A stretch of DNA of 64,000 bases. Source: Octopus sinensis. Taxonomy: Eukaryota. The notes below the pieces were generated by a model. The model made no database searches. It was not told where the DNA came from and saw only the letters and a program-made list of their open reading frames with translations. Below are positions 13,569 to 27,719 of the stretch, one piece after another. The stretch is taken from assembly GCF_006345805.1 (NCBI RefSeq), contig NC_042999.1:134168001-134232000 (forward strand). The letters are read 5' to 3'. A program made the translations under genes and the position numbers. Each line of letters starts with the position of its first letter. Position 1 is the first letter of the stretch.

Positions 13569-14105
13569 TATGTATGTATATATGTATAATGTATATGTGT
13601 GCGTCTGTATTGCCTTGCGAACATTTTAATGTTTGTATGCATGCTCGCACGTATGTATATGTACACGTGCGGATCCACTAAAGAGATGGATGGCTATGTA
13701 ATATGAGAAAGCGCTAAGTTTCGAAGTGCAATTATTGGCTCAGTTCGCATTGAATGAAGCTATAAAAGAAGAAAAAAGGAAAGGTAGTATGATTGAGACG
13801 AATATCCAGTGATTTAAGGTGAAACATACTGTCGGCTAGCATTGTGTTTGTGTGTCGTTTGCCATCGATCACTTACAGCAGACAGATGTCAATGACAGAT
13901 CGACCAGGCTGGTCGACAGTACCTGCAATTAATCTAGCAGCTTATTGCCGCACTGCAATAAGCATGTGCAAACGTATACCTTCACTTTCCAAAGTAGGGG
14001 GTCAAGGAAAAAGACCCGTTAAATGCTGTTGTCAGCGGGACAGTGCTGCCAATGATAAACGTGTCTTCTTTGAAAGGCTGTTCGACCCAACAGGTTGCAA
14101 GTCAG

Positions 14106-14149
<44 letters not shown>

Positions 14150-14275
14150 AATATATATATATATATCGCTAGATAGATAGATACACACATGCACTCATAT
14201 AACTAACAATATGAATGCACGTATAACATATACACTCATTTATACTTATACGTGAGTGTATTTTGTGTATAATTA

Positions 14276-14352
<77 letters not shown>

Positions 14353-14746
14353 GTCTGTTTGTCTATCTATATATCTATCTATCTATCCATCTATCTATCT
14401 ATGTTTCTGTCTTTCTGTCTGTCTGTCCATTTATCTATCTATCTACTTCTCTATCCCTCTGTGTCCATATATGCATGTGCATATGTGTGTATGTGCGTGC
14501 GCGTCTGTGTTTATAGATACATGCATACGTAATTCATACACTCATTCATACATACACACACTCACACACGCACATACATACATACCTACATACATGCATA
14601 CATACATGCATACATACACACATACATACATACACACATACATACATACCTACATACATGCATACATGCATGCATACATACATGCATACATACATGCATA
14701 CATACATACATACATACATACATACATACATACATACATACATACA

Positions 14747-14778
<32 letters not shown>

Positions 14779-15486
14779 CACACGTGTGTGTAATGTATAG
14801 TAGTTGTTTCGTAATTGTGGTTGTCCATCTTTTACTTTGTATTCCTCTTCTTTCACTTTTACTTTATGTTCTTCTCTTCGATATATTTTGTTGTATTGTT
14901 TTACTATTAATGATTGAACGATCAGTTATTTATCGTCTGCTAAATGGAAAGTGGGCAACATTTCACCAAATGCAGAGGAAATAAGATGCAATAATAGACG
15001 GTGGAGATTGGGTTGGCGAGTAAATGATAGAAACGAAACATATTTCAAATAAATACATATATAAACGTTTCATTTACCTGTTAAAATTGGGTGAAATATG
15101 ATGAAAAAAAGCCGTTAAATGTTGAAAACTGATAAGGTAAACGTTCGTTGGTCTATTACGAAACAGAATATTAGTTATTGATGTAAATAGAGAAACGATG
15201 GAAGCAGGAAGAGAGAAAGGGTTCGATACAGGAAGAAATTGAGAGAGGCGAGGAGAGACATAGAAATAGAGGAGGATAGAAATAGGTAGTTACTAAGGCA
15301 TAGAGATGGATATTAGAGACAGAAAGTGGTATGCAAAAACCAAAATTGGTAAAAAGGGAAAAGTGAAAGAACAGATGACACTAGAAAATATGGCAACTTC
15401 GCGTGAAAATGCATCCGTACGTACATACATACATACATTTGTGTATGTGTGTGTATGTGCTTGTGCACATACTTGTGTGTGTGTAC

Positions 15487-15594
<108 letters not shown>

Positions 15595-15809
15595 AGATAG
15601 ATAGATAGATATTTATGTATGTATATACATATATATTTACGTCTTTCTATATCAATATGCATATACATACAAACTTATTCACGCAATGTGAAAGGAAGGC
15701 AGGTGCACCGTCTTCGCCATCAGTCCTCAACCGCGCTTCTAGGGCTGCATGCAACCCTCGAAGGTTCTTCCTCTATAAATATAATGTTTCTTTAATTGAC
15801 TTGCCTTTT

Positions 15810-18800
15810 ATTTCTTGGTGCGCCCCATTCCCCATAAAAACCCAGGTCTTGACTCTGTCTCGTACATGAAAAGCTTGAAAACCACAAGTCTGTTAACTTC
15901 ACAGACCCACTAAGTCACCAGAGCTTGAATTTGCCGATGTTTCGGTTAAACTGTTGTTGTAAGTTAATATCTGCAGGAAAGATGTTTACAATGTTAGGGA
16001 GTAGACGAATGAGTCGTACAAAGCCAATCAGTTCCAAGGAACACAGACCATTGTAGTACGGTAGAATATGCATCATGAGGGGACAGCATGCTCGTGGAGT
16101 TGAGGCTGGAGAACAGCTGTGTATGATATTATGCTAATCAGCCTTATGTCTTTTTTTCTAACTATGGTCTTATGTTAATCAGTTGTGTGTGGTCATGGTC
16201 TGGATGTAATTTTATGATCAAAATAATAAGCCGAGTGGTCTTTTTTTGTGGAGTGCTATATATAAATATAAATATTATCAATTTAGCTAGGGATATACAT
16301 CATCCATAACGTCACCTACGAATCATATCGTTGTCATTTATATTCAGTTTCAGTTTCTATTGTGGGCAGCTACATGAACAACCATGAACAGGGAATTAAT
16401 TTTGATGATATGCAATGGTTGTCACACTTTACGGCTTTACCTGCATCTTTATTACTTTTGTCCATCAGGTTGATGTTTCCTGTTCTTGGATTGCAAACGC
16501 ATGCTCTTCAAAGTGGTAGGTAATAATCCGGCTATTCGACCATTTTAAACTGATTTGATGATCGATATTATAATCATCACAGAGATTTCTACTAACATAT
16601 CCATGCATAGTCTTCTGCTTATATAGGCTCACCCTTTCATCTGATGATATGTTGCGGTAGAGTCGTGCGACTTCTTTGGCATGTATTCTAGGTTATCAGA
16701 CAAGGAGTGTTGCTCAAGGAGCTGCCTTCCAACTCTTATGATGTTATCAGCTTCACGCATGCAAAGTTGGTCAAGGGATGCACTTCAACGCTTGGTGCTT
16801 AAAAGATGTTGCCGAAAGAATATGGTGCGGCATTCAAAGGCATTTTGGATAGATGTTAAGCCTTTGCCGCCTTGTTTTCGTTTTAGGTAGGGGCGGTCTA
16901 CAACACTGTTTATATGGAAATTATGTGTGCTTGTTAGTATTTTTCGGGTTTTCACATCAATGGCTCGCATGTCATTAAGCATCCAATCAAGCAGCCCAAA
17001 TGTTGGTATGAGTACTGGCACTGCAAACACATTGTGGGCCACTATTTTTTATTGAATGCAGAGAGTTCTGAGGTCCAGATTTTCTTTATTCGGCTGCAGT
17101 ATTATTTACTGACACGTGTTTTGTTACAGGCGCCACTGTAAGATATATTTTTATCCACCCCTAGATACCTGTAACATTCTTCGTCAGATACGGGAGAAAT
17201 AATCAAAATCATTAATAGAGATGTTACTAGTAGGTTTAAAAGTTTCCCCCTTTTCACAACCATATAACAACATTTATCCTGATCAAACTCAAATCCTACA
17301 TCCTTTGAGAATGTTGCAACTAAGTCAAGGCTCTTTTTCATCTCATGCATATTGTTTGCATAAAGTTTTAAGTTATCCACAAAGAAACAGTGTGTAATTT
17401 TGGTATTTCTGTTTTCTTGTAAACCAGAGAGATATCCTTCAGACTTCCTTAACATGAATGACAAAGGGTATACAGAAAGTATAAACAACGTCAAAGAGAG
17501 GCTGTCTCCTTGAAATATGCCTTTGCGATACTGTATTCTATTGGTGATAATACAATCACTCTTTGTGTTTAATTTCAAGATGGTGGCTCACAATGAAGTC
17601 AGATCAGCTATGGCTTTGAGTATTCTCACTGGAACTTTAGCTACTTGAAGGGCTTCTATCATCCATGAGTGAGGAATAGAGTCAAAGGCTTTCTCGTAAT
17701 CTAACCACATTAAATATAGGTTCCTCCTCTGCTCTCGCACCTCTGACATCATAGTTTTGTTGATTAGCAGTTGCTCGGCGCATCCCCAGACTCCCTCCTT
17801 TGTAGGTGCCTATTCTGCTGTGATAATGCTATTGGTTTCACAATGGTATTGGAGGAAGAGGTTTAAACATGCTGTATATATCTTATACATTAAGTTCTGG
17901 CAAGCAATTGACCGGTAGATTTTTGCCATGTCGGTGGTTCTGCATTTAGGGATCAAACTGGTCCCAGTGAAAACTTGCTGGCACAGATTGATAAGGTATG
18001 GTAGAATGTTAGCTTCTTATATCAATATCCAACAATCAATTCCATCCTGGAATTTCTGGATCACAGTTGCAAGAATTTCACCGTCAATGTTGAGTCTTGG
18101 ATGTAACGCAGGAGCAATAACTTTCTCGGATTTCTTCCAGCCACGGAGCATTTTGCTTAAATTCCTTCTCTTCACTCCAGATTTTCCTCCAGAAAAAGTC
18201 TCTTCTCGTGAAGGAGCTTCCGTGATATTTATTGCTCCTCCTCTCATGTCTCTGTATACTACTGTCTAGTTGCGTTTAAATTTTCTTGCTTATTGTTCTT
18301 CTCTTGGTTATTCTCTTCTGATGTCGGAGTTTTTCACTGACAGCTTTTAGCTCCTGCTAAAGTGAGTGCCCCCTTTTCACTGTCTCCAAACATCATTTCT
18401 AGCTCCTTCTTTACTTTCTGTTGGTGAGACGTTTAGTGATTTGCTTGTTTGCATGCAATAAGCACCATTACATGATTAATGATCTTCTGTAAACCAGTTA
18501 TCTTTTTTTTCTGTCTTCAAAACCCATGATGGTACTTTCTTTGTTATTTCGGTTTTGTTTACTTTTGAATATCATTCATGTACTGTTTTAGTAGTAGCCA
18601 GCTCATATAGACAGGCGTTAATCTGCTAGTATGTGGGCTCATCACACTGTTGTAAAAACTCATCCCCAATTTCGTTAACAGCTTTTAATACCGTATCTAG
18701 TGTTTTTTTTTACTTACTTTGGAAGTGAATTCTCTCTCCTCGAAAGAGTCCTTCAAAGCCAAAGTTATTTTCTCTCGGAAAATTTCATTAAGGGTACATT
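15810..18800 (-). mobile_element. Decayed Dong/R4-like RLE non-LTR retrotransposon (RT, CCHC and RLE remnants)
   Basis: WLDYEKAFDSIPHSW; KGIFQGDSLS..HCFFVDNLKLY; YRYLGVD; AVPVLIPTFG..RKILT..RPYLKRKQGGKGL; KQKTMHGYV..FAIQEQE; many stops. Ends are approximate. Confidence 0.85.
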
Positions 18801-18818
18801 TCACCGGCATATAATCCT

Positions 18819-18853
<35 letters not shown>

Positions 18854-19002
18854 TACTACTACAACAATAATCGCTGTGGTTGTGCCGGCTATTTACCATA
18901 GTCGTATAAGGGGGACAGTGGTCAGTTTACTTGAGCCAGTAATGTAGCTTGGCTGGCAGGCACTACGGAATCTGTTGGAACGTTGCTAGCTGCGATACCA
19001 AG

Positions 19003-19034
<32 letters not shown>

Positions 19035-19704
19035 TGTATGTATGTATGTATGTATGTATGTACGTACGTACGTATGTATGTATGTATGTATGTATGTATG
19101 TATGTATGTATGTATGTATGTGTATGCATGCATGTATGTATGTATGTATGTATGTGTACGTATGTGTGTGTGCATGCGTGTGTGCATGCGTGTGTGTGTG
19201 TGTGTGTGTGAGTGTGCGTTCGCGAGTTCACATACATGTATTGTGTGTGTTGATGTATACATACATTCATGCCTATCAATCAACTTAGACATTGCTTGTC
19301 CGTTTGTCTCATCTCTAGTTTTCATCAAATCTATCAGATTCATTCTTGTTGTACGTTGTCGTTCTCTCTTTTCCCTTTTCTTTTATTATTATTTTTTTTT
19401 TTTTTTTTTGCAGTCTCTTGAAAACCAATTTCTCAATTTTTGTTTCGTCCACATACACACGTACACCCCATGAACGTGTACAGCCCAATATGATTTAAAC
19501 AAGTTTAAGAACTTGTCAATTAAAACTATTCAGGCATTCCGTTTTCTTTCATCATCATCATCATCATCATTGACGTATGGCCTAGTAGTTAGGGTACTGT
19601 ACGCGCATATCTGTTCTTCGCTATTCTTAGTTCAGCTTCCTCGTTGGGATGTACTGCTCGTACACTGGGTTATGTGGATCTGTGCTTTTAGTTCCTTTGC
19701 TGCA

Positions 19705-20446
19705 ACAGAACCTGTTGGCTCTCCTCCTGCAACTCAACTTGATTTCGAGCCGGGTGGTCTGCTGCTGGAGAGGACCGATCAGGTAAAGGACCTGGGTATC
19801 TTGGTGGATTCCTCCTTTTCGCCTTCGGCCCAGTGCGTCCATGCTGCCAACAAAGCACGCGGAATTCTGTTCTTGATTCGACGGTCGTTCGGAATGCTCA
19901 CAGCAGCCATATTCCTACCAATCTATGTCACGCTGGTGAGACCCATATTGGAGTACGGGATTCAAGCCTTTTCTCCTTATCTCCTCAAAGACATACAGCA
20001 TCTCGAAAGAGTCCAGAAGCTGGCTACCCGCATGGTTCATGGTCTCAAAGATTTGTCCTATGAAGAAAGGCTGAGGACGCTCGACCTTTATTCTCTAGAA
20101 AAACGCCGCCGCCGTGGTGATCTCATTCTCGCCCACAACATCATAAGCGGAAAGTGTAACCTCTCGAAAGAGCTGTTCTTCAATCCTGCTCCAGAGCGTC
20201 GGCTGCGGGGTCATTCCGAAAAGGTCTACCTGCGACGATTTCATCTCAATCGAAGGAGAGGAGCTTTCTCCGTCCGGGTTGCGGATCCGTGGAATAAGCT
20301 GCCAGACGAGATGGTGAAGATGCCGACGACCACTTTGTTCAAAGCCTCCCTTGACCTCAAGTGGCCTGAACTCTTTACATGAACACCACCCTGTACTTAA
20401 CTCCATGTCCCCCTACATGGCCTTGCTATTTGCTTTTGAGCCAAAT

Positions 20447-20475
<29 letters not shown>
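19705..20475 (+). mobile_element. 5'-truncated CR1/L2-type LINE 3' end with open frame and (AACT)n tail
   Basis: ORF to 20382: VKDLGILVD..KARGILFLIRRSF..YVTLVRPILEYG..LERVQKLATRMV..LYSLEKRRRRGDLI..FSVRVADPWNKLP; the tail follows the 3' UTR. Confidence 0.9.
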
Positions 20476-20477
<2 letters not shown>

Positions 20478-21398
20478 GAACTTTTACCACAGTTGTATTG
20501 CGAAGTTTTCCTTCCATCACACCGATGTTACTGGATTAAGTTTGTATTGTGGAGAGAGCTTCTTAGTGTACGTCCACGTTGTTATTTAGCCCGGAGCTAT
20601 TATCATCATTATTATTATTATGATTGTTGTTGTTGTTTTTGTTATTATTATTATTATTATAATTATAATTATTATTATTATTATTGTTGTTGTTGTTGTT
20701 ATTATCGGCCCCGAAAGGATGAAAGGTAAAATCGACCTATGCGGGAATTTGAACTCCTAACGTAGAGCGACAGACGAAATACCCATTTCTTTACTACCCA
20801 CAAGGGGACAAACAAGGACAGACAAACAAGGACAGACAAACGGATTAAGTCGATTATATCGACCCCAGTGCGTAATTGGTACTTATTTAATCGACCCCGA
20901 AAGGATGAAAGGCAAAGTCGACCTCGGCGGAATTTAAACTCAGAACGTAACGACAGACGAAATACCACTAAACATTTCGTCAGGGTCGATAAACTGAGCA
21001 CCAGTGACACTTCTTACCACAAAGCCACCAAAAACGTGATGCATTATGAAGGTGAACGCAGAATAGACAGACAGACAGTGTTTCGTCGTTAGCACGCACG
21101 ACGAAATGCTTAGCGATATTTCGTCTGTCGTTACGTTCTGAGTTCAAATTCTGTCGAGGTCGATTTTTACCTTTACAAGGGTTTGGTCGACCAGGGACCA
21201 TAACAGAAGACACATGCCCAAGGTACCGCACAATGGGTCTGAACCGGGAACCATGTGGTTGGGAAGCAAACTTCTTACAACAAAGCCACCTAAAACGTGA
21301 TGCATTATGAAGGTGAACGCAGAAATAGATAGATTGATATATATATATATATATATAGATATATATATATATATATAGATAGATAGATAGATAGATAG

Positions 21399-21450
<52 letters not shown>

Positions 21451-21562
21451 CAGATAAAAATAAGTCATATTTTGTGAGTGATTACTGATTCGCTTACAAA
21501 ACACACGCATACCTACGTGCGGGCGCTCATTACTGGCTTTGTTATGGCAGAATTGTGTGTGA

Positions 21563-21620
<58 letters not shown>

Positions 21621-21622
21621 TA

Positions 21623-21786
21623 GGGGAGAATTCACAACAAAACAAAAGACGAAGACAGGTGGTGTAGAAAACAAACCGATATATTAGTATAACGCTCGGG
21701 AATTGAAAAAGTCTTTAACGTTTCAAGCTTACGCTCTTCCACAGAAAGGAACTCAGAAAGAAACATATATACCCTAACAGAGCCAG
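21623..21786 (-). mobile_element. Short non-autonomous element in (TA)n carrying a hammerhead-like motif
   Basis: Flanked by TA repeats; a related inverted fragment lies at ~55815-55870. Confidence 0.55.
21713..21748 (-). ncRNA. Minimal type I hammerhead-like motif (A6U variant)
   Basis: Minus strand CUUU CUGUGGA A GAGC guaa GCUU GAAAC GU U AAAG: 4-bp stem I, stem II with GUAA tetraloop, palindromic ACGU helix III. Confidence 0.6.
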
Positions 21787-21802
21787 TATATATATATATG
21801 AG

Positions 21803-21837
<35 letters not shown>

Positions 21838-21906
21838 GAGTGTGTGTGTATTTATACACACATGTATATGCATGCACACTTACACATACATACATCCATA
21901 CATACA

Positions 21907-21938
<32 letters not shown>

Positions 21939-24900
21939 CATGCAAACATACATATGAAGAAAACAGTGTGAACGGTTTTCATTTAATGTCTGAAATTAAA
22001 AAAATGTTTTCGTGTGAAAAACCCTGGAAACAGTGAGTTAATATAAAAATATATATATATATAGCACATTGTAATAGCCTGCTCTGCAGCATAAACAGCG
22101 GCGAAACTATATAACAAATCATAGCTTTGATGTAAAGCTGTCGACCATCTCACAGCTGATCAGTTCGACATGTGTGACTACGATATCACAGTTGTGTTCT
22201 AATGTCATGGGCTGTGTACTAAGAGCAAAGAGTCCAATTAAGCGTCTGAATAAATGTCTTAGGTTTTGATGTTCATGAGTGCATGGAAGAAAAAAACAAA
22301 AAAAAAACAAAAAAAAAAACAAGAATGAAATGGAGAGGACGAAAGGGGGAGACAGAAAGAAAGAGAATGTGTGTATGTATAAAGCTGTATATGTGTGGAA
22401 GTACAGATCTTGTTCTATGAATTACTTACTAAAGCAATCATTTTAGACATAATTTCTTGCGCCAGTAATTTCTTTTATTCTCTTGGCATATTTATGGTCT
22501 AGTTCACCCACTAGAAATACTTGTAAGACGAGTTTAAGTGCCTTTCAATTAATCAATGTTTGTTGTCATTTTCTTTTCAAATACTAAATGACACTAGAAA
22601 GGAGACTACTCTTTTTACACTTCTTAAGATAAGACCATTATACGTATTATATATGTGTGTGTGAGAGAGGGTGAGTATGAGTGTGTGTACTGTGATATTG
22701 AGTATGCAATCATTCATTTGATATTGGCAAAGATATTGCAAATTTCAACTAAATGCATTCATTAACTAAGAAATTATATAGCTTTTGTTAAGACAAGAAA
22801 CACATCAGAAGTGTATGATTTCATAAAATCGTTATTAGTTACGGTATGCAAACAAAACTTATAGGATAAGCTGTGAAAATATAAGGACATACCTGTAAGG
22901 TATTGATGTTAAAGTAAGTTAGTCAAGGAAACACCTGAGAGGATTTCAAAAGTGGTTTTATTTATAAGTTGTTGTGTTGAAGTAAATGCCATTCACTGTG
23001 TTTGAATCCGTGACAAACTTAAATATTTAATGCTTTTCTTATTCATTCAGTATGATTAGTGATGTTCTACAGCAACAAAGACACAGAACATAACTAGATC
23101 ATAGCAAGAGTATTATTCACAGAAACTTCACAAACAACGCACGTAGCAAACGCACAAACACACAAATATATAACCATCAAATACACCACTCTTCACATAT
23201 CAATTAACCTCACCGAAATATACACCTCCAACATACCACTACAATACACAAATGACACGTACCCATTTATATATTAAGTTAACATTTGCAATTAAGACAT
23301 TCCGAGCATCAGATGACCAAATCACATCACCAGCATGTAACTAAGAAGAAGAACTAACGAAGGGGTAATGAAAAGCTAACCAAGAGCTACTTGGTCATTT
23401 GATCTGTACAGCAGTAAAATCTCCCTCGAGCCATACCATACTGTTTTGAAAAAAGGGCATGTTATTTTTTTTCAAATAGAAAATGGAATGATTATGGCTG
23501 GAACTTTTCTCATCATGAGTTTTCTCGGTCAGCGTTGCCTGGGTATTAAACAACATTGACAACAGCCGCCAGCACTCTGTACGCTAACATATATTCTACA
23601 CACTCCCCTAGCTCTCCACACCGACACATTATATTATACACCAACTTAACATACAAAACCAGCAAGCACAGCTAACAGTAAAGAAACATTCTCAACATTT
23701 TATATAAGCATGATAAAGAGCCGAGACATACATGCAATAGCTTTCTTTTTACTTTATTTTATAACTTAATAATGCTCATCGAGATATATTTTAACTTCCA
23801 TCCGACCGGGCTTTGATCAAATAAGCGCCAGTCATATATAAAGATGAATCATATCGACTAATTGCTTTTCTTAAATTTGTGATCTTGCGCTTGCTTTCAA
23901 AATCGTTATAATTCGAGAGGGCTCGTCGACATCACAAATAATGCTTTAAAATCTTCCTCCATGGCGGATGCGAAGAACTGGATAAATTGAGACAATGTTC
24001 GAACATCTCTAATTCAATGATAGTCAGATATCAATGTTAAATTCTGAATAGGCAAGGAGTTCAATGGATAAGCAAAACTATATTAGGGGATATTTGTCCA
24101 GATCTGCCATTCGAAATCTCTATTTCTTATGGACGCTAATGTCCTAATAAGGCATGGATTCAATTACATGATTTTCATTCTTTCTTGGTCTTGTTCTGCA
24201 GCATTGAATTCCTTATTATTGCAGTTTCTCAATTAAAACATTTTTTCTTAATATATCTTGGCAATAGTCAGAGTCCTCTACGAATATCTAAAATATGTTG
24301 ACTCTTTACGAGCTCAAGCTATATATTTTTTAAAAAGTTACAATGACTCCGGAGGTTTGCCAAATCGTTCCCTTTACAATGCTTTTTTGCAATATTATAC
24401 ATGTATACAAAGGCGGTGAGTTGGCAGAACCGTAAGCACGCCTGGCAAAATGCTTAGTGGTCATTCGTCCGTTTTTACGTTCTGAGTTCAAATTCCGCCG
24501 AGATCGAATTTGCCTGTCTTCCTTTTGGAGTCGATAAAATAAGTATTGAGGTCAATGTAACCAACTATCCCCCTCCCCCGAAATTGCTGGGCTCGTGCCA
24601 AAATCTGAAATCAATATTATACATGTACATACACACATAAGCACACCCACGCGGGCATAGATACACATTCGCACGCGCGCACACACCTAACATATGTAAG
24701 TGTACATACTTACTGTTGAGGTTAAGAGTTACCGAAACATCTAGACGGATTGCAAGGTCAAATGTTCCATGCTCCTCTATGTAGTTAATTCAATGTTCAT
24801 TCTTCCTGTTTATTTAATTCACACAGAGATAAAGTCAAAGAAGCAATTCTGTGTGTGTGTGTGTGTGCACACCCGTACCTTTCACCGATATATATCTTTA

Positions 24901-25159
24901 GTTCTTCAGGTTATAGTCAACAGGCATCAGAGAGGTTAATGGAGAACATAGAGCTGTGGTAATACATTAATAAGTTGGTCTATAATTGAAGTTAATCAAG
25001 TAAATATCTTCTTTGTCTGGTTAAATAAGCGAAATTTAACGAATTAGTATGGCTCATCAGCCATAAACTCCAAGATCGAATTTGTAATGTCGTCCTGATT
25101 GAACGAACTAAAAGTACCTATGGGTAGCTAACGTGAGCTGTTGATTACTGCAGAGGTAG

Positions 25160-25264
<105 letters not shown>

Positions 25265-25932
25265 TGTGTGCTATATTTGCATTTCTTTCCAGTATGTTAT
25301 AAAAGTATGTGTTATAAACTGACTGGATACCCCTTTATTACTTGTTTATGGTTTTGTTCTATCATATATGCATATAATATGTATTTGAACCATTTTCAGA
25401 AAAATATAAATTTACAGTTTTATTTAATGAGTATAAAAAACTTAAATTATATGAATATAAAAAAAAATAAAATGTGAAACCGTTAAAAAATAATGTGTGT
25501 TCTACTTTTCATGGTGTTTGAAACCGTATTTTAACTATCATGGTCCAAAGTACATTATATATACAATGCCACCTAAAAAGAGATGAGTGTGAATGAGTTT
25601 GTGTGGGTGTTTGTATATAATCTGGTACGTATGTGCATCAACTGTACTAGAGAGAGGAGAGAGAGAGTGAGAGAGAGAGAGAAAGAGAGAGACAGACAGA
25701 AATAGAGTACGACAGAGCAAGAAGGGGAGTGCATACTACGCCATTAAACTATCAGGCATTCTCCATCACATTTCTTGGATACACTCTGTCTTACGCCAGG
25801 TTCCTCGAAATCCAGACTAATATATTTTCGTGGAATGATTTGGCTTTGTGTGTGAATCTGTGTATGCATATATACGTGCTTATATGCGGGAGTTTGTATG
25901 AGTGTGTATTGTTAGGAGTGCATATTATATCG

Positions 25933-25965
<33 letters not shown>

Positions 25966-26149
25966 TTGTTACGTGGTAGCAGGGCGTCCAAGAAATAGCA
26001 GCCAAATCTTTCCTTTTGGGGGGAAAGTAGCCGTTTACGCATGATTTCGATGTCATATTCGTTGAAAGCATGCGAAATAACGTGGAAAAGAAAAAAAACA
26101 ACACGAAACAAAACTCCGTTGGTGGGAAACTCCGAGATCCGTACCACCC

Positions 26150-26739
26150 CTCCCCACTTTCTTTTTCCGGAAGAAAGTGGCTTGCGGCGGGTTTGGAGGT
26201 GAGGTACGTTGAATGCACTTAAAAAAAACCTGTGGAAAAAAATTATTTCATACTGAAGTATGAACGAGTCCTTTATGAAATACTTACCGAAGATCGGGAC
26301 AGGTATGCGAATACAAGGATCAATGTAACTGATAAAGCAAGGGCTGAGCGTCTAGCGTAACAGAGGAGAAGAGACAGAAGAAAGAGAGATCAGGAATCGG
26401 ACGCTCGGAGAGCTGAGCGTCTGGCGAAACAGCGGGAAAGAGACAAAATTAGGAGACGTCATGAATCGGATGCTCATATGAATACAAACGGAATAAAACA
26501 AGTTTCGTGTAAATCGAACCACAGGTTACCGAAATACGCGGTTTTTTGGGGGTACCTTTATAAATAGCGAAACCGGCGTATAATAGGAAAAATGCTTTGA
26601 AAGTAAGGTACCATTGAAATGTAAATACACACGGAATAACAGAGGTTTCACGTAAATCGGACCACAGATTCCTGAGATACACGTTTTTTTTTCAGGCACT
26701 ATGAACTAGTGGTGACCGAATGGGTCACGGGTAGTCTAG
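26150..26739 (+). mobile_element. Helitron-like non-autonomous element (3' end defined, 5' end uncertain)
   Basis: Subterminal hairpin gtgacc-gaatg-ggtcac (26712-26728), then CTAG|T at 26736-26740; internal repeat gctgagcgtct.gcg(a/t)aacag encoding RAERLA-type repeats. Confidence 0.7.
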
Positions 26740-26855
26740 TATTACATATACTTTCAAACATAAGTATTTTGTTTTGACATAAACGACAATCTTAACATAA
26801 GTTGTGCAAAGATGAAACGCGTTTAATAACTTGGTAATGAGCCTTTCTTTTACCG

Positions 26856-27048
26856 TTAATCATTTAGCCTTTAAACTGGTCGTATTCTACCTGTGCTATG
26901 TTCACACGGTCAAGATCTGGTCTCTCGCATTTATCCTACCATATTATTCTAAAAATATACAGTAACATCATCAAAATCTGAAAGCTACAAGATAAAGCTT
27001 GGTCAATTCAAAACATTTGGTAGAATAATCTGAATGCTAAAGGGTTAG
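26856..27048. mobile_element. piggyBac-like MITE (degenerate TTAA-CCC...GGG-TTAA ends)
   Basis: ttaatcatttagc ... gctaaagggttag imperfect TIRs. Confidence 0.6.
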
Positions 27049-27719
27049 AGGAAAATAACAAGTTAAGAGCGGAGTGGGAGAACAATTTCGGACACTCAAC
27101 CGCCACTCAAGCAACAGTCTGACAAAAGATTGAAGGTGGAAGAGGAATTGCAGTGGTCCCTAGTGGAGGAAGAGTGAACGAGGAAGAGGGGCAGGCGAAA
27201 GTAAAGAGAGGGAGAATGCAATAGCGACTGTATAGACGTTACCAGTGCTTATGTTTAATCTTCTGGTGTCTTTTCTATTGTACATTATGTTCGATTATGA
27301 TGTGTAACATATTAACTATGCTTCCTCTAACGGCTTCAAGCACTTCAGCACTGATGAACTCCATACCTGGGGCATTATGGCTTCGTACTATTTATTGCAT
27401 TTTCTATTTCTTCTGTTGTTATTTCTACGTGAGTGTCTACAGCAGATGGCTCATCTAGGATTAATTATATAGCCTCCGGATTCTGTGGGAATTTAGCGTT
27501 ACGATGTTGTTCAAAACTCTCCTTTCAGCATTGTTGTACTTCATCAGCAGTGTTTGTTTGTCTTACAGTCTTTATCAGAGCTGATAAAGACAATAACACA
27601 TACATTTCACGTGCACATATATATGTGCATATGTGTGTGTGTGTGCGTGCGTGCATGTGTACATTCGTGCGAATAATAAAACAAAAAAGAGAGACACCGA
27701 CCGTGCGGAGGTGAAGAAC

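Noticed and set aside
24860-24915. Minus strand CUGAAGA..GAAAGGUA
   Set aside because: Stem I cannot form.
27345-27400. ctgatgaactccatacctgggg resembles an HHR 5' core and stem II
   Set aside because: No GAAA or stem I partner follows.
27500-27555. Minus strand CUGAUGA-AGUA caacaa UGCU-GAAA
   Set aside because: No helix III, cleavage triplet or stem I complement downstream.
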